Positions 46,430 through 64,000 of a stretch of 64,000 bases of DNA are shown here, in pieces; position 1 is the first letter of the stretch; every line of letters starts with the position of its first letter. The stretch spans positions 8,122,001 to 8,186,000 of the forward strand of contig CM035350.1 of assembly GCA_020137815.1 (NCBI GenBank), given 5' to 3'. Below the pieces are notes generated by a model. The model did not search any database and had not been told where the DNA came from. It was given only the letters and a program-made list of their open reading frames with translations. The DNA comes from Hormiphora californensis (Eukaryota; Animalia; Ctenophora). The position numbers and the translations under genes were made by a program.

Positions 46430-47791
46430 AAGTTTTTGAGTAAAAGTTGGGCTGGATTTATTGAGATACCGGCCTCAATTCGGACCGGCCCCTATCATTC
46501 ATGGGTTGGACGATACCAACTGTCCCCCCCCCCCCATATGATGGAATTATTTTAATGTTTTTGATTGGTTCTGAGATCGTGACCCTCTCTGACCCTCTCT
46601 GTATTGTGTATGTTTCCTTCCTTTCTATGGAAGTGTAATTGATTTCACTGAAGCTGCCATAATATGATACTTCAGCTAATAATGGTTGTTTTTTAATTGG
46701 CTGAATTGGATCTGTCCGACTTGGGACAAGATATCATTGTATCAGTTGGGAATCTAATTTAAGGACCATCAAGCCTGGACCCTCATCAGGCATCTAGAGC
46801 AGCGTGGCAGTGGTATTCTTTTTCTAAATTGAATGAAATAAGGGCTGATCTCTGCAAAATGATATGTCTAGGTGTATCACCATATTTTCCCATATTTCTT
46901 GAGACTCAAGTTGAGTGATATGGAATTCAGTGATCCCATTTACTCAGGACATAAATGAACCGCAGGCCCATCATTTCTCGGTATTTTTGGTATGCACATT
47001 TGCACTATTAAGAGCTCCGTATCACCCTAGTAACCTGGCTCGCTATTCAGAGTGACAAATTACGGTGAATATAGGGCATGAGGTAACGCAGCTTCACATT
47101 CCATAATGATATGCCATTACCGTAATATTTAGAGAGCCCGGCCAAGAATTCATTGTGAGATATAATATTTTCTACGAAACGGGGAAGCGGCATTCATGAT
47201 CTACAGAAATCCCCTCGATATAAGTAATAGGAATGAGAGAAATTTACCCAATGAGGCAAACCCACAGGCCAGATCATCACTTGGTGACATTGACACCTGA
47301 GTGAATAGGTTGCAATGGATCCAAGATCATCACCACTCACCTGCAGGATCAAATTGAGTGTTCATGTTGTTACCAATGTCACCACAAATCTTTTACAGAA
47401 GTGGTTACATGCAGTGGTTACATGCAGTGGTTACCATTACCATTACCAGGAGTCAAAGAGAGAGAAGGTTATTTTAGTTTTGCATAACAGTAATTAAGTA
47501 GTCAAAATAATACAATATCGCTTTAAAACATACATAATTCATCGGTTCCTACTCACTCTCACTCTCTCAACTCAGCTCCTGCCAAACGATTCTATGCTTC
47601 GACTATAACTATACTCCAACTCTTTCAGTCTCATTGTCTCCAGGGCCTAGGTACTGGCGTCAGTGATCTAGTTATACTTATAAAAACGAAAGTCCTGTCT
47701 TGAAAGCTCCTAAACACACGCCGACGGTCCTAACAACAGCTGTCCAGTGTTCTAATTTTAGTTTTATTTACACAGGTAACTGGGGGTATCG

Positions 47792-48185
47792 TTACTCGGC
47801 GGGGGCGGCCTCAGCTCCCTCTCCTTCTACTGGGGCAGCAGCGGCCTCCTCAACAGGAGCCTCCTCGGCAGCAGGGGCGGCCTCTTCAACTGCAGCGGCA
47901 GCAACAACAGGGGTGGTCTCAACATCAGCCTGTGGGAGAAGGAGATGTTAATAATTAGTTGGAGCATTGCGCAGTGGAGGGACGGAGCTAGGCCTAGACG
48001 GTGGTCAAATTGGAGTTGATTCTGTAGCAAGCATGTCCAGAAGTGGTCTGGAAAACCTCCTAGGCCAGCGGATCAACTAGAAACTTCCTAGACAAAAGGC
48101 ACTGTGTGGTATTCTAAGTTACTAAGCAGGCTGGGGAAGTTTATAGATCAAACCGGGTACCGGCAGCAAGGCAGTAACTTACCAT
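47792..48185 (-). CDS. 46-aa acidic Ala/Glu/Pro microprotein, ATG-only first coding exon
   Basis: ACA ATG|GTAAGT (ATG 48185-48183), acceptor CTCCCACAG, exon 47929-47792 giving MADVETTPVVAAAAVEEAAPAAEEAPVEEAAAAPVEGEGAEAAPAE*. AATAAA at 47768-47763. Confidence 0.8.
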
Positions 48186-48252
48186 TGTAGAGGGTTGGAG
48201 GGTGGTGGTTAAACACAAAAGGATTGGAAACGGATTAGAAAGTTCTGAGAGC

Positions 48253-48342
48253 GAATGAGTTGGATTTTCTCCCGCCGTGCGGAATCTTTATACCGGCTGA
48301 GAGCAACGCGCGGTGATCTTGTCACGTGACCAGATCACGTGA
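48253..48342 (-). promoter_or_regulatory. Core promoter of the microprotein gene: two CACGTG E-boxes, TATAAA, TCATTC initiator
   Basis: TATAAA at 48292-48287, TCATTC at 48258-48253, CACGTG twice within 48323-48342. Confidence 0.6.
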
Positions 48343-48492
48343 TCATGCCTTTTCCACCTGAGAGGCCATCTCTTCTTCCAAATTGATATTCTCTCCCTTC
48401 TATCATGTGAGTCATCAGTCAGATAATCCCCCTCCCTTCTACCATGACACGAAGCCACCTTCTTTCATGTCTTTCAACTGTTTTCCCCGTGT

Positions 48493-48548
<56 letters not shown>

Positions 48549-49821
48549 CCCTCTCTCTCCCTCTCTCTGATAACATTGACATTGACAACATCGAAAGATA
48601 GTAGTATGAAATTGAATATGCCGCACAAGTTATAGAATCTCACTTTCCAATTTCTATTCCATCATCATTCATCCCTTCCCTCTTATCTTTTACTGCAGTA
48701 CTGGGCTGTACCCGCATATATATCCCAAAAGACAGTATATATTTGAATTGTGGGAGACACTGAATGAAGAAAGACATCTAGAATGATCCACCCTTCCATA
48801 CCATGGCCCTTCACATTTGAATTGAATACTCAATAGATTACTTTGCCTGGCTAGGGTTAGAACATAACAAAGATTACTGTCTCAACCCCCAAATTAGGGG
48901 ATCTAGATGGAACTAATCCCATGCAGCAGGCTGCACAAAAGACAGGCCTGATGCCTGCATGTAGGCATCATCATGCATGTCTTTAGTGCAGTAGTCCACA
49001 CTCCACCGTGATCTCCTCTACTGCACGTATGCACCCAGCTTCCACTTACCCACCAGGATTTGCACCCAAACCCACGGCCACTGGGTCGGTGTGATACGTT
49101 CTCTAATTTTGTCGGGAACGTACCACACCGACCCAGTGGGTTTGGTTACTCGAAGTCGCCCCTACTATTGCATATCGTTAGCTTGCGCGGAGGGGTAATT
49201 TCATTACCAACTGCAGTGGGTATCATGGTGGGTCGGCCACCTCCAGGCGCCACCTCACCAAACCTGCCAACGCCACCTCACCAAACCTTATATTGTGACT
49301 GTGAGTCTCAACGCCGTTTCACCAAACCACACTACCCAGAACCCTGTGGGTACAATTCGTCCAAACCCCAGGTTGTACAAATTTCAAAACAGCGAGATTT
49401 TATACCAGGGAATGTTCTAATAATGGTGTACACAAAAACACTGATAATATACCATCTCATCAGCGTGAATAAAAGTGTAAAAACGCCACAGCAAATGTTA
49501 TTTGAGGGCCCGTGTGACAAAGTCGGGGGAAAACCTTCTGCCGATCCCGTTTTGATTCGGTAAGCTCAGATCGCATCGGGTCGGCGCCGCCAGACCGGGC
49601 CACAATGGCTCCCATTTTTCTTTTTCTTTTCATTTTAAATCTCGTTCAATCAGGCAATCTAGACTATCTGATTACATATGCAAAACAGTCGACAATAAAC
49701 TGCCAAAATCAAGGCCCTCTCTTGTTTCAATAGCGACAAACAGCCTGGAGCTGGATATATGTTTAGTTGGCACCAGACTCTCAGCTCAAGGTGAGGATCT
49801 GGTACAAACATTGCTAGAATG

Positions 49822-49884
49822 TTGGTGACATAGACACCTGGCGCGACCGAGATTGAGGGTCGCGCCAGGTGTCTATGTCACCAA
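49822..49884. mobile_element. Micro-MITE (TTGGTGAC family), 63 bp, 9-bp TSD GCTAGAATG
   Basis: Hairpin TTGGTGACATAGACACCTGGCGCGACC..GGTCGCGCCAGGTGTCTATGTCACCAA; direct repeats at 49813-49821 and 49885-49893. Confidence 0.85.
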
Positions 49885-50104
49885 GCTAGAATGCTACCAT
49901 CGCAAAAAACACCCACACAAAATATCGCATTCTCTTGGATAACACACCCGTTAGAAAATACAAAGCAAAACCATGATAGGTTAGACCCACAAAAACGTTC
50001 CCTAATCTCTCTCGCATAGAGTTTAATAATTTAACATTGTCTTTTCTATTCCAGATTTCTATTTTCTGCAAAATGTTCACACAAAAGGCCCCGACAGTAA
50101 GCAA

Positions 50105-59388
<9,284 letters not shown>

Positions 59389-60784
59389 AAAAAACAGGGG
59401 TTAGGTAACCATGTACCTAAGACACGTGTTAGTTAGTACAATGATTACACATGGTTCGGTTACTGGTTATGTGATCCACTTCACACATAATATACACCCT
59501 GATCTGCTCTCCGTGGGGTTTGAACAAAACAAACCTCAATAAATAGTAGTGGAATATGGGGAAATTTTAGTATTATCAATTATAGTGGCGGTTGTAATTA
59601 TAGTGAGGGTCCAGCTACAGCCGAAACCAATCTGGAACAAACAAGATGGGTTTTCACAGCTGCTGACAATGTACATACACAAAACTTTTAATTGAAGATC
59701 TTGAGAGATACTGCGTGTGTTTACAGCCAGTTCATTGTTTTGTCACAGTTGGCACTAGCGTAGCTGGTAGTGTAAGCTAACATTTTACACAATCCATTCA
59801 TCAAGATATGAGGTGAATAAAATGTGTATTAGCTCAGGCAATAGAGACTGGAAATGTTAATAAAATAATTCGATTGGTCACTTCATTTGTCAAGATAACA
59901 TACGCATGGCATATAATCCATCCATATTATAATTTCCAAACAGTTAGTTAGTTAGTCAGTTAGTCCCAAAATTGTTTTTTTCAAACTCCTCCCACAGTTT
60001 TTGAGCTAGACCCCTGAAAATATGTACACTGGTACTTTGGACCAAGGCGGATGTAAGTACGGGCTCAGATTTTTGAAGTGATCCTTATCAGCAATGACGT
60101 CACGGGGTGACGTCACTGCACGACACAAACTAACATTTTTCAAACGCTTCTCAGATCCTGAACATTCATAACATTCATAAACATTCATAACGGTTCTAAA
60201 TAAAAAACTAACTCAATATAGGGAAAGATAATCGTTTGAACTTCATTTTACTATGCATATCGTGATTTCCCGAAATTCATTGTTTAAGGGGAAAGTTAAG
60301 ACTGTCAAAAATACGACATTTTTCACCGCAGCCACCCCAAATCTTATCCAATCGATAAGAAACTTCAAACTTCAATTCAATTCAATTCAATTGTTACATT
60401 TGATACCCCGCAAATTGACTCAATATAGCTAAGGGATAAACGCAACAAAAAAACAGAGAAAAAACTCATAATTAAAACGCCAGAGCTCTTAAGCCAGCCT
60501 TCTTATGGTCAGTATGTGCATCTTGATGTCCTTTAACCAGGAGTTCCCAGGAAACGGATTGGCAAGATGAGAGCTGACTTGATTTCTTAAAATACAATAC
60601 AATACAATACAAAATATAAATTTATAGTCCGCTTTTTAACTGTCCGATTTACGGCTCAGCACAAGTTCTGCTGCTGGGAGTCAGATTCATCATCACATCC
60701 TCTTTCATCCTCAACAGCCCTCGCTCCAAAAGCGGCTAGCTTTGCAACAAGATTATGATAGATCATGTAGTGGGAATAATAGTC

Positions 60785-61050
60785 CTATCCTACTTGGATT
60801 AGATTGTTTTTGATATAGTATTTTCCGCCCGGGTCCTCTAAGCGGAGCTTTTTCAAGGTGGTGATAAGGGCTTTACGCTCCTTTATTTGGACTGGAGTTA
60901 AGTCTGGTGAAAAGTAAACAGCTGAGAAGTGTTCCGAGTTCTTCAGCTGACGTGACTTTTTCAGCAGCGCCATAAGTGTTGCTCGTTTTTCCAAAGAAAC
61001 CAATAGAGGTCGAGGGCCCTTTTCGTTTCTCTCGCCAATACGAACTAGCC
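60785..61050 (-). pseudogene. Fragment of a LINE ORF1-like gene interrupted by an insertion
   Basis: VRIGERNEKGPRPLLVSL..VYFSPDLTPVQIKERKAL..GKYYIKNN, typical of ORF1 C-termini (RIG, RP, PDLT..R). Confidence 0.6.
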
Positions 61051-61057
61051 CTCAACC

Positions 61058-62401
61058 CGGGCGCCGTTACGATCTGGGTGTTTGGTGGCCTGTTTACAGG
61101 TGCCAGCTGCCAAAAAGTTGATTCACTAAAATGGCTCTAACACGGTCGCTTGTAGTGGGAAAACGGTAATGGAAAACGAAGATACAGTAAGACGACGCGC
61201 AACAGTGACCAATCAGGGCGCTAGTACGTGCTGACACATGAACTTTTTGCCGCGCGTTATGCACCGTGCGCGTCTCCTTACTGTATTTTGCGTTACCGTA
61301 TTTTGACTGCAAGCAGCACTGTAACCGGCGAACCACTCAACTGTTTTGGCTAATTCAAAGTTTATCTGGTAGGAAATGTCAAGGCCTAAACTCAACCCAA
61401 ACCCCAGCCCTAACCCTAACTCTACTTTAGCCCTAATTAACCCTAAAAACCGTTTGTCAGCACTCACCAAACACCCAGATTTTTGGCAAACGTTGCTGTT
61501 CTGCGCCACGCACAGCGCGGGATAAGGCAGCGCTTTTCAACCCAGATTTTAACGCTGGCCAATTTTTTGTGAAGTTTGAATTTTGCCGAAAATCAAGTTT
61601 ATAGCGCGGCGGCAGCGCTAAAACCATCTTCCGCGTGTTACATTTGATGCAGCGGAGAAAGATCAGCGCGCGCTAATTGAAAAAAAAAAATTTGCATTTT
61701 TTTAGAGAGTTTAAGCCAGCGTTTTGAAAAGCGCTGCCTTCGGGGCGAGCGGCGTTTGCCAAGCCAGCGTTGAAATCGGCCAGCGTTAAAATCTGGGCTG
61801 AAAAGCGCTGCCTTATCCCTTATCCCCTATCGGGGGCCAGCGGCATTTGCCAAAAATCTGGGTGTTTTGTGCTGACAAACGGTTTTTTAGGGTTAGGGCC
61901 AAAGTAGGGTTAGGGTTTGGGTTGGGGTTAGGGCTTAGGCCTTGACGTTTCCTACCAGATAAACTTTGAATTAGCCAAAACAAGATTACAAGAACGGTTG
62001 AGTGGTTTGGCTGTTAGAGCCATTTTAGTGAATAAACTTTTTTTGGCAGCGTGCACCTGTAAACAGGCCACGAAACACCCAGATCGTAACGGCGCGTGTT
62101 AAGATCTGGGTGTTTTGTGAGTGCTGACCCAGATCGTAACCGGAGCCGTTACAATCTGGGTGTTTGGTGGCCTGTTTACAGGTGCACGCTTCGAAAATGT
62201 TGATTCACTAAACTCTAAAGTCTAAAGTGGCTCTAACTGCCGAACCACTCAACCGTTTTGGCTAATTCAAAGTTTATCTGGTAGGAAATGTCAAGGCCTA
62301 ACCCCAACATCAACCCTTCTTTAGCCCTAACCCTAAAAAACCGTTTGTCAGCACTTACCAAACACCCAGATTTTAACGCTGGCCGATCGTAACGGCGCCC
62401 G
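61058..62401. mobile_element. Composite inverted-repeat element with TTAGGG-like tracts
   Basis: Termini CGGGCGCCGTTACGATC ... GATCGTAACGGCGCCCG. An internal module occurs forward (~61330-61490), inverted (~61850-62000) and forward again (~62240-62375). Confidence 0.7.
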
Positions 62402-63438
62402 TCTCTTTTGGAGCAGTTGCAGAGGCCAGAGAGGGCAGCTCTCGCTGTCCAAAGATTCTTTGGAGCCAAGAAAATATCTTTAAAGACTATGCATAGACCC
62501 ATCACACAAGGATCAACTAGTTTGAAATCAGTATGAAATTTAGGTGTTCCGTGCATGGGATATCGCTCAACTTTAATCTCCATCATTCTTTTGGAGTTTT
62601 ACGTAATAGTACATGTATGCATTTGGCACAAAGAATGCTACGCCTACTCTAGATATCCTTTATCCGTGATTCGTGAAAAGACCTGATTTAACTTGTCCAG
62701 ATCAGTACTCGATTTTCTGACCATAATTAGCTGGTGAGCGAGTACAACTTTCATCCAAACTGTGCATGTGGAGGGGGCATTACATACCGGATACCCGGTC
62801 TCTACATTTAAGCCTAAGGTCTCTATGTGTGAGAGATTGTGTTGAGATACACTTACAAAATTTTCTTGAGAAAAACGTGATGTTCACTTTTTAGGTCATT
62901 TCTAAACTTCTTCGGAAAGGTTATTTAGAAAATCGTTCGAAGTGTCGCTCAAGAAATGAAGCCAAAACACAAGTTAAAAAACATATAATCACAGTTGTAA
63001 AATAATCTCCCTCAGCAGCAGCAGCCACTCATTTGTGTCAGTTACGACAACAAGTGATTTTACACAGAATACTAACTGTCCGGTGTTCAGATTAAATAAT
63101 TGTTTCGACGCACACACACATTTCCTGTGAGAGAGTTGCATCACCACTTACACGCTGTTATACTGAAAGCTCACATCATGCGTGTGTGTTTTGATAGTTA
63201 CATTGTCTACAGTGCAGTAGCACCTGTTCAATTTGTACTTAGTATAGACTATAGATATATTAGACTCTATCTTGTGTTTATTGTCTTCGTATCTTTTACC
63301 ATCATTTGCTTATATTAGTAGATCTTCTATGGAAGTAAGCTATCGAATAGTATTAGGTTGTCCCATAAAGAATGTCGTGTCCCGTTTTCTCCAAGTTGGC
63401 CCATCGATTTCGATTTAAAACTTTTCTAGCTTGTTCAT

Positions 63439-64000
63439 TTAACCCTTGACTCTATAAAACAAGTGTCTATTTTGAAAAAATTGATTTTCGACGCTCCCTG
63501 GCGGACCCGGAAACAAGCGAGCTAAAATTTCCGCTGAACGAGAAATATGTGCATGTTGAAAACACTGCTGTACTTTTTCTTGTGAGTGTCTGTAAGATAT
63601 AACACTACCCCAAGCTTGTTTATTGGACAATTCTCTATCATTTGAGTGGTGGATGAAGACACAGATCAAAATTGTTGCTGAGCTATGGAGCTCTGAAAAT
63701 TTTTGGTCAAAATAGGAAGTTTCCACTTCCGGGCCACTTCAGGGTTCATTGGATTGGTGTATTGACATTCTTTTAGCAGCTTTGAATAGTCCCGACTAAG
63801 CTTTTAGTCATAGCGATGTTGGCGATTTGATTTGGTAATGTTTGAAGATGATATTTGGAAGTTTTTGAAAGTAGCCTAAAAACAGGCCAAAAACAGGGGT
63901 TAAATTTTGGATTTTTTCGCTTTTACACGGTATATTAGCTTTGCCTGACGCTTCCACAGGTCGCGTCGAGACTAAAATCGCATAGGTTCCTTAACTTAGG
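63439..64000. mobile_element. Possible left end of a piggyBac-like element
   Basis: TTAA-CCCTT followed by MITE-like AT-tract sequence; the other end is not in the window. Confidence 0.3.

Noticed and set aside
59504-59525. tRNA 3'-like fragment (GTTCAAACCCCACGGAGAGCA on the minus strand)
   Set aside because: Only a B-box-like stub; no 5' half.

Overview
Animal (eukaryotic) genomic DNA with intron-rich genes, probably from a ctenophore. That taxon call is inference from the intronless LDLa-GPCR and from small repeats I recall from Pleurobrachia gene models. Reading splice sites by hand gives three multi-exon genes that the ORF track shows only in fragments: an INF2-like formin (1501-15431, +), a predicted secreted DOMON-(Sushi)x5-DOMON-anchor gene (16634-46429, +) and LETM1 (50105-59388, -). 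Genes sit inside their introns: an intronless LDLa-7TM GPCR lacking LRRs (in the formin, same strand), and two EPN-type C-type lectins plus a C2H2 zinc-finger gene (antisense in the DOMON gene). A 46-aa Ala/Glu/Pro microprotein gene with an ATG-only first coding exon lies at 47792-48185 (-). Mobile DNA includes a full-length CR1/L2-type LINE inside a decayed RNase H-bearing LINE, two 1.3-kb TTAA-flanked foldback elements (Kolobok-like), and many tiny MITEs with visible TSDs. Three large minisatellites are present, one built from branch-point/3' splice-site-like units. Frameshifts in the formin and LETM1 look like consensus errors but need read-level checks. No CRISPR array, rRNA or intact tRNA was seen.
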